Positions 20,423 to 29,858 of a DNA stretch of 64,000 nucleotides are shown piece after piece. This stretch comes from Candidatus Bathyarchaeota archaeon. Lineage in GTDB: Archaea; Thermoproteota; Bathyarchaeia; Bathyarchaeales; Bathycorpusculaceae. Location: assembly GCA_013388895.1 (NCBI GenBank), contig JACAEK010000052.1, positions 6,684 to 70,683 on the forward strand, in the 5' to 3' direction. The translations under genes were made by a program, and so were the position numbers. Each line of letters starts with the position of its first letter. Within the stretch, counting starts at the first letter, position 1. The notes under the pieces were generated by a model that saw only the letters and a list, made by a program, of their open reading frames with translations, searched no databases and was not told the origin of the DNA.

Positions 20423-21658
20423 TTGAGGAACGAAAGAAAACTGAGAATTGTGCCCATATTTCTGCTTGGCAGTGAGAGTTTCATTGGAGAGGATAAGGGT
20501 GAGCAAGACGCCAAAAGCGATGTAATAGTCAAAAGATTAGGCTTAAACAACGAATTGAAATTTCTTGTAAGAAAGGAAGAAGAAATTCTTGAAATCAACA
20601 TTCACGATGTAGACGGATTTGTCATTTTTCCCTACTGTTTTGAACGATTCTCGCCACTTATCTATCTTGCAGAAACCAAACTGCCCTTAATCATCTTTAG
20701 TGAAGAGGAAACCTTCTGCTATGCGCTTGACACTTACGAGTACTTATCTGACCACGAAAATGTGCAAATAGTCTTCACACAAAGAGAACTTGAAGCGCAG
20801 ATTAAGGTTCTGAATGCTGCTAAATGGTTGAAGGAAACGAAAATTTGTCTGTTCGATGCAGGCGAATGGAAACTGAATGGAGCCGCTTGGCTCAAAAATC
20901 CTATATTCTCTGGTAAAGTAAACACCCAAAACATTGACAAGGAGAAATTCTTTGAGACATACAAAAACGTGGATAAAACATTGGCAGAGGCTCTTGCCAA
21001 AAAATGGGTGAAGGCAGCCCAAAAAGTTTTAGAGCCTTCTTTTGAAGATGTTGTTAAGTCAGCACGGGTTTATGTGGCTATGAAGGCAGTGATGAACGAA
21101 ATGAAGGCTAATGTCGCCTACGTTTTATGGTGTGGACAATTCACAAAAGAGCTTGAAACAAAAATGTGCTTTGCCTTGGCGAAATTGGCTGACGACGGCA
21201 TTCCAGTTGGATGTTGGAGAGGCGAGAGCCTATTACCTCTGCTAATATTGCATATTGTGTCACGCAAACCAGTATTCATTTGTGAAATGTTTACATTGCA
21301 CGGAAGGACGATAACTCTTAGACATTGTTTTGCCCCGAGCACAATCGGTTCTTACAAATATGTCCTGCGAAGATGGCGAAACATGACAGGCACCGTTACT
21401 GGATACTGCCAGCTGCCAAAGGGCGACGTTACCTTAGTTAATTGTGGAATTGGTGATAAATTGGTTGTAGTGCGAGGAAGAGTAGTCGATTGTAAGGATT
21501 TGGAGGGCGACAATTGCAGAATGACTGTTTGGGTGAAGCTAGTGAATAAAGATGACGTTCGCAAGTTTCAAGGAAGAGAGTTTGCGATGGTTTATGGTGA
21601 CTACACAGAAGAGGTTAAACAAGTAGGAAAAAAACTTGGTCTAAAAACAATCTTGTAG
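20423..21658 (+). CDS. L-fucose/L-arabinose isomerase-like protein (divergent)
   Basis: LADDGIPVGC, LRHC, G-x-VTL and CRM motifs resemble the FucI C-terminal fold. Confidence 0.5.
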   Translation: MRNERKLRIVPIFLLGSESFIGEDKGEQDAKSDVIVKRLGLNNELKFLVRKEEEILEINIHDVDGFVIFPYCFERFSPLIYLAETKLPLIIFSEEETFCYALDTYEYLSDHENVQIVFTQRELEAQIKVLNAAKWLKETKICLFDAGEWKLNGAAWLKNPIFSGKVNTQNIDKEKFFETYKNVDKTLAEALAKKWVKAAQKVLEPSFEDVVKSARVYVAMKAVMNEMKANVAYVLWCGQFTKELETKMCFALAKLADDGIPVGCWRGESLLPLLILHIVSRKPVFICEMFTLHGRTITLRHCFAPSTIGSYKYVLRRWRNMTGTVTGYCQLPKGDVTLVNCGIGDKLVVVRGRVVDCKDLEGDNCRMTVWVKLVNKDDVRKFQGREFAMVYGDYTEEVKQVGKKLGLKTIL

Positions 21659-21752
21659 TCACATATGAATTTCCCCAATTTGTTGAAATGTTTGAGTTAG
21701 TTTGGTTTAGGAACTTGATTTCTAGTGGAGAATTTGCGGGATTGATTTTAGC

Positions 21753-23006
21753 CTAAGGAGGAGTTCCCACAATGTCAATTTTGTGTGTTGACTGTGCATA
21801 AGCGAAATATATCCATCTATGTGTGCTGTTGTCATAGAGCGTATCGTTTAAATTAAGAACCGGTGCAGATCCATCGTCAATTGTAACCGTGTAGGGAGTA
21901 GCAATCAAAGCTTTTGGAATGGCCAGTCTGCAGAAACCAAACGACTGAAGCACTGACGCATTCGCCACGTAAATTCTGATTGTGTTGTTAGCTGCAAAAA
22001 ATGCGAAATCCGTGACTGTGGAATTGGAAACAATATTTACTTGATGACCTGTAGAAGCGGTGAAGCTGTGAAACATGCCCATTAAGGGTTTTGTGTCTTG
22101 ATTGCCTCCTGTTGTCGCCTGTGCTGTATCACCTATGCCGTCGTAGTTCGAATCAACACCAGCGTAGTTGCTCCAGTAATTTCCTTCAACACCATCATCC
22201 CACTTATTGGTTAGGTCGAAATCGACAGCTTGGACACTGTTGTTGATAATGTTATTGTAATAAACAAAACTCCCACTCGAGGCGGAGAGCAAGACGCCGT
22301 TTATTCTGTTGTTTTCTACAGTGTTTTCAATAACCGTACAGTTACTAGAATCCAAAAGCCCTATTCCATCATACCAGTTTCCATATGCAATATTTCGTTT
22401 TATCAATCCGTTTGCGGAAAAGTTGGTGTTAATCCCATATCCCAATTGTACTGACAAGCCATTGTCAAAGACCATGTTGTTGCTGATAGTGAAGTTCTGA
22501 GAATTTGTGACCAGAATGCCTGCTCTATTGTTGTTTCCTACTGTGTTCTGATGGATTGTAAGATTGACCGAATTATAGACCAAGATTGCATTAGTAGTGA
22601 GGCTGATGTTGTTTTCAGTAATTAGGGAATTATTGGAACCTTTAAGATTAATTCCATTAGTACAATTTCGAATTGTGAATCCTTTTATGGTGACGCTTTT
22701 GCCATTAACATTAATTCCATAGTTTGCGCGTCTTCCATCAATAATCGTAGGGTTATCATCTTCTCCAATTAGCACTATTGCCTTATTCAAAGCAATACTC
22801 TCGTTGTAAACTCCTCCACGAACAGAGATCGTGTGTCCGTCCAATGTTTCATTTGCGTCTAGCGCTGCCTGAATCGTGTCATATGTCAAGCCAGTGTCAA
22901 CATTTCGGACAGGGCCGCCAGCGCTTCGATTAAACACGAAAAACAAGACTACTACGATAGATATTATTATCAGCGAACTCAGAATCAAAGTCATTTTTCT
23001 GTTCAT
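21753..23006 (-). CDS. Parallel beta-helix (NosD/CASH) surface protein
   Basis: N-terminal TM, TIQAALD, GI-x-L/N repeats, GNYWSNY..D-x-N-x-DGIGD..D-x2-PL. Confidence 0.88.
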   Translation of the reverse strand: MNRKMTLILSSLIIISIVVVLFFVFNRSAGGPVRNVDTGLTYDTIQAALDANETLDGHTISVRGGVYNESIALNKAIVLIGEDDNPTIIDGRRANYGINVNGKSVTIKGFTIRNCTNGINLKGSNNSLITENNISLTTNAILVYNSVNLTIHQNTVGNNNRAGILVTNSQNFTISNNMVFDNGLSVQLGYGINTNFSANGLIKRNIAYGNWYDGIGLLDSSNCTVIENTVENNRINGVLLSASSGSFVYYNNIINNSVQAVDFDLTNKWDDGVEGNYWSNYAGVDSNYDGIGDTAQATTGGNQDTKPLMGMFHSFTASTGHQVNIVSNSTVTDFAFFAANNTIRIYVANASVLQSFGFCRLAIPKALIATPYTVTIDDGSAPVLNLNDTLYDNSTHRWIYFAYAQSTHKIDIVGTPP

Positions 23007-23094
23007 GGAACATCACCCACTAATCGTTCTGCTTGGTTTTATTGTTTACGGAAATTCAACTATTCAAAATGTTAACAAGGAGACTGCAGGCTAA

Positions 23095-24162
23095 TTAGTG
23101 GCTGTTTGCCTTAACTATCTTATATCCAGAAGCTTTGCGAAGCCGATTCATGACAGCTAGACCAAGTCCTTCAAAAGGTAGGCCTTCAGCGATAACAACG
23201 TCAACGCCTTCTGAGTCAAACTCTCTCAAAAGCTTAAACAAATTTCTTGCAACAATCATCAAGTCTCCTCTACTTCCAAGAGACCTAACAACGTCAGCCG
23301 CATAATAGCTTGCAGTTTCGTCGGTGGCCAAAACGCCAACTTTTTTGCCTTCTCGACTATACGATTCTGCTAGTTCCTTCACCTTCTTCTTAATGGCTGA
23401 AATCTCTCCTTCTACAAGAACTACTTCTGCATTTGGAGCATAATGCTTATGCTTAACACCGGGTGAGCGTGCCCTTTCAACAGGCACCTCTTTTTCCGCC
23501 ACTGCGATAGGATGAAGTCTCACTTCTCTGAGAACCTCTTTCAATGCCTCGTACGGTGTTCCACCTGGACGCAGAATCTGCGGAGGCTTGACAGTCAAAT
23601 CCAGAACAGTGGATTCCACACCGATGCTTGTTGGTCCAGCATCCAAAACTGCATCTATACGTCCATTCAGGTCCTCTAGAACATGCTTTGCCATTGTTGG
23701 ACTTGGTTTTCCAGCAATATTTGCGCTCGGAGCAGCAATAGGACAGTGACTTTCCCTTAGCAACGCCAAAGCAACATTGTGCTTCGGAATTCTAATAGCT
23801 ACAGTATCCAGACCAGCAACGGTTACATCTGGCACAGTTTCCGAACGTTCAAATATCAAAGTTAAGGGTCCTGGCCAAAACTTTTTCATAAGTGTCTCTG
23901 CCTTAGGCAAAATCTCTACAACCAATCTGTAGACATCGCTAACATTTCCTACATGTACGATTGGCGGATTATCGAGCGGACGCTTCTTCGCTTCAAAAAG
24001 CGCCAAAACCGCCTTCGGATTTAAAGCGTCTGCACCCAGCCCATAAACGGTTTCGGTTGGGAAAGCCACTAAATCGCCTCTTCTGATAAGGTCTGCTGCT
24101 AATCGAATCTTTTCTCTTTCCGGATTTTGCGAGTCAACTTTTAATAGCTGGGTGGTCTTCAT
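23095..24162 (-). CDS. sua5: Threonylcarbamoyl-AMP synthase Sua5 (YrdC plus SUA5 domains)
   Basis: PTETVYGLGA, K-x-RP, WPGPLT, APSAN, SPG-x3-KHYAP, NRL-x-KA. Confidence 0.96.
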   Translation of the reverse strand: MKTTQLLKVDSQNPEREKIRLAADLIRRGDLVAFPTETVYGLGADALNPKAVLALFEAKKRPLDNPPIVHVGNVSDVYRLVVEILPKAETLMKKFWPGPLTLIFERSETVPDVTVAGLDTVAIRIPKHNVALALLRESHCPIAAPSANIAGKPSPTMAKHVLEDLNGRIDAVLDAGPTSIGVESTVLDLTVKPPQILRPGGTPYEALKEVLREVRLHPIAVAEKEVPVERARSPGVKHKHYAPNAEVVLVEGEISAIKKKVKELAESYSREGKKVGVLATDETASYYAADVVRSLGSRGDLMIVARNLFKLLREFDSEGVDVVIAEGLPFEGLGLAVMNRLRKASGYKIVKANSH

Positions 24163-24249
24163 CGTAGCCCTTTCTACAGAATAGACTTAAAGCTAAACAT
24201 TTAACCTTGATCTCAAAAGAGTACAAAGCAGATAAAAAGCTGTGATTTG

Positions 24250-24750
24250 TTAGACAACGTAGTAGTCTATGACTTTTTTCATACTCTTAGGTGCAGTTTG
24301 CTTTATTGCCAGTTGCTTCAATATCTTGATCATCTGAGGCTGAAAGCGAGCTATATCTGTCAAGGATACTAGACCAACAAGGCGTTTTCCATCAACCACA
24401 GGCAGCTTCTTAATTTTCATCTGAAACATCAGCTTTACGGCTTCTTCCAGCTCCATTGCGGGCTCAACAACCACCAGAGGGCTGGTCATTATGTCTTTTA
24501 CTTTGGTTTTTGTTGTGTCTTTTACGTCAGCGACTACTCTTTTCAAAAGATCTCTTTCGGTTATAATGCCCATGGCTTTTCCTTTTCTAATAGCAATTAA
24601 GCATCCGATCTCAAATTTGTTCATAACCTCAGCCGCTTCTTTAACTGACGAATTTTCGTCTATTGTTATCACTTCTCTTATCATGACATCTTCAACTTTA
24701 AGAGACATGCCACCTTCCTCTTTTTTCTCCTCTTGCAATAAAACCACCAA
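24250..24750 (-). CDS. CBS-domain pair protein
   Basis: KVEDVM, GIITERD, VKDIM, LPVVD. Confidence 0.9.
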   Translation of the reverse strand: MVVLLQEEKKEEGGMSLKVEDVMIREVITIDENSSVKEAAEVMNKFEIGCLIAIRKGKAMGIITERDLLKRVVADVKDTTKTKVKDIMTSPLVVVEPAMELEEAVKLMFQMKIKKLPVVDGKRLVGLVSLTDIARFQPQMIKILKQLAIKQTAPKSMKKVIDYYVV

Positions 24751-24805
24751 CTTCCCTATCTGTTAAAGCCCTCATATATAAATTGGTGTGCAGAAATTCT
24801 CTGTC

Positions 24806-26140
24806 TCACAGCACGGCCAATCTGCGAACAAGCATTTCAACCCGCTTACTTATAGGAATCTTTGCTCGTTCAAACTTCCCTTTAGGCTTAGCAAAAGGTC
24901 TAGTTGCATCAATACCCATTTTAGTTGTCAAACCTGTCTCTTGGTCAGCTGAAGAATCCAATGTTGAGCCTCGCACATTGCTTATAACAACCAAGTCTTC
25001 GCTGGCTTGAAAACGAGTTGCAATAGCCCATTCGACGTCGGATACATTGAAAACGTCGATGTCAGAGTCAACGACAACAGCATGTTTTAAGCTTGGATGT
25101 GCGGCAAAAGCAGCCAACAAAGCGTTTTTTCCGTCGCCATCCAACTGCTTTTCTATGGCGATTATTGCGTGTAGCCATCCGCTTCCTCCAGAGGAAAGGT
25201 TAACCGCGTAAACTTTTGGCAAGACTTTTGAAACTGCGACCCATATTAAAACTTCATGTGGCAAACCCATCAGAAGCCTATGTTCGGCTCCTGAGGGCAA
25301 AAGCGCCTGATAAACATAGTTCGCTCTATGCATAACTTTTACAATCTCTATAACTGGTTGTTTTCTTACAATGTCATATGTTCCAGTTATGTCCACAAAA
25401 GGTCCCTCAGCAACCTCCTTTGTAGCAGAGATTTTGCCTTCTAGAACTAATTCAGCATCTGCTGGCGCGCAAGCGTTCACCTTCTCGCACTCAACTAAAC
25501 TAAGACTATCGTTCATCAAAGTGTTTGCCACGTCAAACTCGTTAACGCCGAAAGGGACGGGTGAAGAAGCGGCCAGCATAATTGCTGGATGAACGCCGAT
25601 AGAAATGGATACGTCTAAGTCTTTGCCAGTTTCCTTTGCCATCTGCCACAGCTTGAAAAGATGGCGAGGAACCAAACGAATAGCCAGATGCTTCTTGTCA
25701 AGAACCTGAAGGCGATGCACTGACGCGTTCTCAAATTTTCCATCAATGCTTCTTGCGTAAACAACTGCCGAAGTAATATATGGTCCAGCATCCTTTTCAA
25801 AATGAGTTAGAATAGGAATCTTGGACAAGTCACTTTCAGCGGTTTCCTTAACAACACCATCCTTGATATTTTTAGGTTTTCGAGGTTTCTGCCAAGCTTC
25901 TGTCAGTCGCTTATAAAGCCCTTCGCCATCAACATTGAGAGCTGAACAAATTCTTTCGCGTGTTCCACAAACATTAGCAACAATCTTTGCTTGATGCCCG
26001 TTTATGTTTTCGAACAGAAGGATTGGACCTTTGTTATCAAAATTCTTCATAATGGATGAGATTTCAAACTTTGATGAAACTTCGTTTTTAATATGTAATG
26101 TTTCCTTTTCTGCTTGTCTAAGGAATTCTCTGAGGCTCAT
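24806..26140 (-). CDS. UbiD-family prFMN decarboxylase, probably trans-anhydromevalonate 5-phosphate decarboxylase
   Basis: DAGPYIT, N-x-SVHR, EGPFVDITGTYD, VDSDID, WAIATR, LD..KMGIDAT. Confidence 0.85.
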   Translation of the reverse strand: MSLREFLRQAEKETLHIKNEVSSKFEISSIMKNFDNKGPILLFENINGHQAKIVANVCGTRERICSALNVDGEGLYKRLTEAWQKPRKPKNIKDGVVKETAESDLSKIPILTHFEKDAGPYITSAVVYARSIDGKFENASVHRLQVLDKKHLAIRLVPRHLFKLWQMAKETGKDLDVSISIGVHPAIMLAASSPVPFGVNEFDVANTLMNDSLSLVECEKVNACAPADAELVLEGKISATKEVAEGPFVDITGTYDIVRKQPVIEIVKVMHRANYVYQALLPSGAEHRLLMGLPHEVLIWVAVSKVLPKVYAVNLSSGGSGWLHAIIAIEKQLDGDGKNALLAAFAAHPSLKHAVVVDSDIDVFNVSDVEWAIATRFQASEDLVVISNVRGSTLDSSADQETGLTTKMGIDATRPFAKPKGKFERAKIPISKRVEMLVRRLAVL

Positions 26141-26523
26141 GTTGGTGTTTCCTCTTTTTTCATTTCTGCATGTGCAACTTTTTCCAGCAATTTCCTTAGA
26201 ATCGATTGAGCACGTATTTCGTCAACTGTTTCCAGATAAATGGAAACCAAGGCTATCTTTGAGTTTGTGGAAGCCAATTGTTCAGCGAACATGCGAGCTG
26301 AAATTGCGTTTCTATCGCCTAAAAGAATAGAGGACGAGGCTGGTCCAAGCATATCTTTCGGTTTCGGTACGGCAATCGCTAGTGTTCCAAGCTTATCTTC
26401 GTTTTCGCTGAACAGAATTAAGCATGCATTTTTTGTTTCTAAATAAACCGCAAGAAAACGCAGATTCTGCTCGATTAGTTCTTCCTTAATGATTTTTGCC
26501 CGTTCCATTGCTAAAGTCTCCAT
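26137..26523 (-). CDS. PAC4/LpdD-like small protein
   Basis: LGTLAIAVP..SSSILLGD..AEQLA..IALVS pattern; ATGA overlap with ubiD. Confidence 0.6.
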   Translation of the reverse strand: METLAMERAKIIKEELIEQNLRFLAVYLETKNACLILFSENEDKLGTLAIAVPKPKDMLGPASSSILLGDRNAISARMFAEQLASTNSKIALVSIYLETVDEIRAQSILRKLLEKVAHAEMKKEETPT

Positions 26524-26604
26524 CGCCTATCTATAGCTCTATGCATTCACTATTTATTGTTTTCAAAGACCATAGAAAACGCGTTTAATCGAGTCTTGTT
26601 TGTC

Positions 26605-27918
26605 TTAGAAGAGCCTTCTGAATGATGAGATATCTGTCGAATTTTCTTCAGCAAAAACCAAACTTTCTCTAAAGTTCTTGTCCAGTTTCACCTTTCCCAA
26701 GGCAACTCTTGAAATTTTTTTCGAAACTGGAGTCAGAATATTCAGCGTTTGTCTTCTATAGTCGACCTCTTGCAAGATGCCTATTCCAAGAAATTTTCTT
26801 TCATCATCATACAAAGCCATGAGAAAGCCTTCTTCTTCGCCCTTATGAACCACCTCAACTTTCTTTCGAGTAAAATCCTCAACTTTCTTTATAGCGTCTT
26901 CACTGATCCAACGAGTTTTACCTACGAATATAGAGATTTTGTGTTTGAATTCCGCCAAATGCAGAGGCTTCATTCCCAAAAATTCGTATATTTTTCTCGC
27001 TTGTCTAATATTGCCATTTGCTCTGTTTAAGCCAAACTCGTTTTCTTCAATTTCTATCCAATTCTTTGGGATAGATTGCACTTTGGCGTTTCTTAAGTAT
27101 TTAATATATCCAAGTTCTCGTAGGCTTCTGCGTTTTTCTCTGCTTCTTTGCTTTATAGTTGATGGAAATTCAACCATGATTACCTTGAAGTCTTTAAGAG
27201 AATCCAAGACAGTTGTCAACTCGTCCTTTTGGTGGAGGCAGAAAATTGTCTCAGGATTAAGTTCCTTAACTAGTCGAATCTTGTAATTTGTAGCCTCTTC
27301 TCCCTCAGTCCATCCGTCAGTGTTGATGATGACGTAATCTGGGTTATTGTTTAAAACTTCTTTTTTTAGCGTCGTTAAGCCTTCAATCACTTTATCTATT
27401 GCTGTACTTGGCGAGGTAATGCCTACAAAAAAGGCGTTTTTTGCTTCTAAATTGAACAAGTCTGTTAAAGGCTTAGTAACTAATGCATATGCAACTGTGC
27501 ATGGTGGTCCAATGTCTGACTGTCCTAGGTCTCCATCTAGAATTGCCGCTTTCTTTTTCTTGTTTATTAGTTTGTTTATCATGTATGTGCAGAAGCTTGT
27601 TTTTCCAGAATCTGCAGTTCCCAGCACTAGTGCCACAACTGGTTTTGATTGAATCTCTTGCAGTTCTTCAAAAGCTTTAGTCCAAGAAGGCGGGATTGTG
27701 CTTCCATCAGTCTCTTCTATTTCTGCATTTTCCCCTAACGATATGTTGAAGGATGCTTTTTCCTCAACTACGAAGGGTAATCTTTTTCCTTCCCTTATCA
27801 CAATCTTGTTTGTGCTACCTACGCTGTAGCCGAAAACTTCCACTTTACCTGAAGCGACGATGACAGAGGCTGGACCGTCGACTAATAGTGTTTTGCCTTT
27901 TTCAAGTGTTCTGTTCAT
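26605..27918 (-). CDS. Clp1/Grc3-family polynucleotide 5'-OH kinase
   Basis: GTADSGKTS P-loop, DGDLGQ, NTDGW, R-x3-R-x2-LRE lid; start set at ATG 27918. Confidence 0.9.
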   Translation of the reverse strand: MNRTLEKGKTLLVDGPASVIVASGKVEVFGYSVGSTNKIVIREGKRLPFVVEEKASFNISLGENAEIEETDGSTIPPSWTKAFEELQEIQSKPVVALVLGTADSGKTSFCTYMINKLINKKKKAAILDGDLGQSDIGPPCTVAYALVTKPLTDLFNLEAKNAFFVGITSPSTAIDKVIEGLTTLKKEVLNNNPDYVIINTDGWTEGEEATNYKIRLVKELNPETIFCLHQKDELTTVLDSLKDFKVIMVEFPSTIKQRSREKRRSLRELGYIKYLRNAKVQSIPKNWIEIEENEFGLNRANGNIRQARKIYEFLGMKPLHLAEFKHKISIFVGKTRWISEDAIKKVEDFTRKKVEVVHKGEEEGFLMALYDDERKFLGIGILQEVDYRRQTLNILTPVSKKISRVALGKVKLDKNFRESLVFAEENSTDISSFRRLF

Positions 27919-28555
27919 TTGTTTTGCTCCGTGGGAATTTGTGGCCGTTCCTTCCTGCAATTCTTATGGCTGAAACGATGTCTCTCAGTCCTCTTCTGTG
28001 CTCTGTTTCATTTAAGTATCGGTCTGTTCCAGCCTCGCTCACACTTTCCAACATTACATTTGATTGTAAAGCATTATCTAACACTCGTAAAAGTCTTTCT
28101 TTGTACTTTGGAACGCCGTCACCAATCTTCACTGAAATAGCAGTTGGTGGGTTTTTCTCAAGGTTACGCAGGATATTCTTTATTTTGTCTAACGTTTCTT
28201 CGACGCTGAAGCAGTTTTCAGTTTCAATGACTCTGCCATCGGCTAAGACTGCTAACCCGAAAACTTCACCAGGGTCTACGCCTATCACGATTTTTTTGTA
28301 GTATTCTTTTCCTTGAATAATCTGCAGCGCCTCATTTACCAATGCCTTTGGTTCTGCGCCCTCCTGAAGAACCAATATTCTTTCATGATTTACCTTTTGC
28401 TGTTCTTCTTTTGTGGTTATGACAACCTTAACTTCTACGGGAATTGGTTCAGTTGGAATGAGACTTAGAAAGGGTATGTCTCTCCTTTTCAGTTCATTCA
28501 CAATTAGGTAATAGGCTTTTCCCGAAACTGTTGCAACTGCAATCTTTTCTTTCAT
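27902..28555 (-). CDS. RNase H-fold (YqgF/RuvC-like) protein
   Basis: IGVDPG..GLA, KIGDG, VSEAGT, RDIVSA motifs. Confidence 0.65.
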   Translation of the reverse strand: MKEKIAVATVSGKAYYLIVNELKRRDIPFLSLIPTEPIPVEVKVVITTKEEQQKVNHERILVLQEGAEPKALVNEALQIIQGKEYYKKIVIGVDPGEVFGLAVLADGRVIETENCFSVEETLDKIKNILRNLEKNPPTAISVKIGDGVPKYKERLLRVLDNALQSNVMLESVSEAGTDRYLNETEHRRGLRDIVSAIRIAGRNGHKFPRSKTNEQNT

Positions 28556-28624
28556 AGGGCTTTCCTATATGCGTTTGCGTAGGAACACAAGACAAATTAT
28601 TATTTTAGTTGTTTATATTCGTTA

Positions 28625-29332
28625 ATGTGCATTACCTTGCTTCAGAAGATTTCCACTGGCTGCGGAGAAATTGACAAGATTCTTGGAGGAGGCTTGTCAT
28701 TTGACAGCGTTAGCCTAGTCTATGGGGAAGCAGAGACAGGTAAAACAACTTTGGCCATGCAATGCGCAATAAACTGTGCTAGACAAGGTTACAAAACATT
28801 ATTCATAGACTGCGACGGCACTTTCTCAGCGAGAAGGCTTTCTCAAATGATTCCCGAAAAATTCAAAGAAATCACAGAGCTGATAATTTTAATGAGACCA
28901 AACAACTTCCACGAACAGACTGCCGCTATTGACACATTAACAAATTTTGTAACCAAAAATTTTGGGCTAATTGTGTTCGACACGGTCACAACATTGTATC
29001 GGGTTGAAATCTCGGAGTCTCCAGAGAAAACATTTGAGCTTAATCGTGAATTAAATAGGCAAATAGCGTTGTTGGCACAAATTGCCAAAACTCAGAAAAT
29101 TGCCGTTTTAATAACAAGCCAGGTGCACAGTTTCTTTCACGATGCTTATGTAAGCATAGAACCAGTTGCCACAAGAGTTTTAAGATTTTGGGCTGACACA
29201 ATAATTGCCATGAAGCTCACTGAAAATCCGCGAATAATCAAAGCAGTCTTGGAAAAGAGTCCAGTGAAGGTAAATGTTGTTAATCCTCCTTTTTGGCATT
29301 TGAAAGTGGAAGGCACGGGAATACATGAGTAG
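28625..29332 (+). CDS. radB: RecA-family RadB-like protein
   Basis: STGC..D-x-ILGGG, GEAETGKT, ITSQV; no N-terminal RadA domain. Confidence 0.82.
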   Translation: MCITLLQKISTGCGEIDKILGGGLSFDSVSLVYGEAETGKTTLAMQCAINCARQGYKTLFIDCDGTFSARRLSQMIPEKFKEITELIILMRPNNFHEQTAAIDTLTNFVTKNFGLIVFDTVTTLYRVEISESPEKTFELNRELNRQIALLAQIAKTQKIAVLITSQVHSFFHDAYVSIEPVATRVLRFWADTIIAMKLTENPRIIKAVLEKSPVKVNVVNPPFWHLKVEGTGIHE

Positions 29333-29343
29333 GTTGTAGGACG

Positions 29344-29832
29344 ATGCTGCAACTAATAATCGAAGCCTTACAGTTTATATTTCCCGCCTACTGCGCAAAT
29401 GCCATACCAGTAGTTGCTGGCGGCGACAACCCCCTAGATCTGGGAAAAAAATTCTTTGATGGACAACCGATTTTCGGAAAAAACAAGACTTTCCGAGGCT
29501 TCTTTTCCGGACTTGTTGTTGGAACTGCCGTCGGTCTGGCAGAAAGTATGATTTTTGGCTATCCCTTTCTTTTCGGTTTCATATTATCTTTAGGTGCTTT
29601 GCTTGGGGATTTAGCTGGAGCCTTCATAAAGCGACGACTTGAATTATCACCAGGCAACATGTTGCCAATTGTTGACCAACTTGATTTTGTAGTTGGCGCA
29701 ATCTTGTTTTCGTTTTTCGTTATGACTATTTCTTGGGAACTCATCCTTGTCGTATTGCTTATAACTCCTCCCATACATCTGTTAACGAATTTTGCAGCCT
29801 ATAAATTGGGTTTGAAAAGCAATCCTTGGTAG
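29344..29832 (+). CDS. carS: CDP-archaeol synthase
   Basis: PAYCAN, PLD, GKNKT-x-RG, GDL..FIKRR, DQLDF, LK-x2-PW. Confidence 0.93.
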   Translation: MLQLIIEALQFIFPAYCANAIPVVAGGDNPLDLGKKFFDGQPIFGKNKTFRGFFSGLVVGTAVGLAESMIFGYPFLFGFILSLGALLGDLAGAFIKRRLELSPGNMLPIVDQLDFVVGAILFSFFVMTISWELILVVLLITPPIHLLTNFAAYKLGLKSNPW

Positions 29833-29858
29833 GATTTAGGAATAAGAGTAAAATGCGG

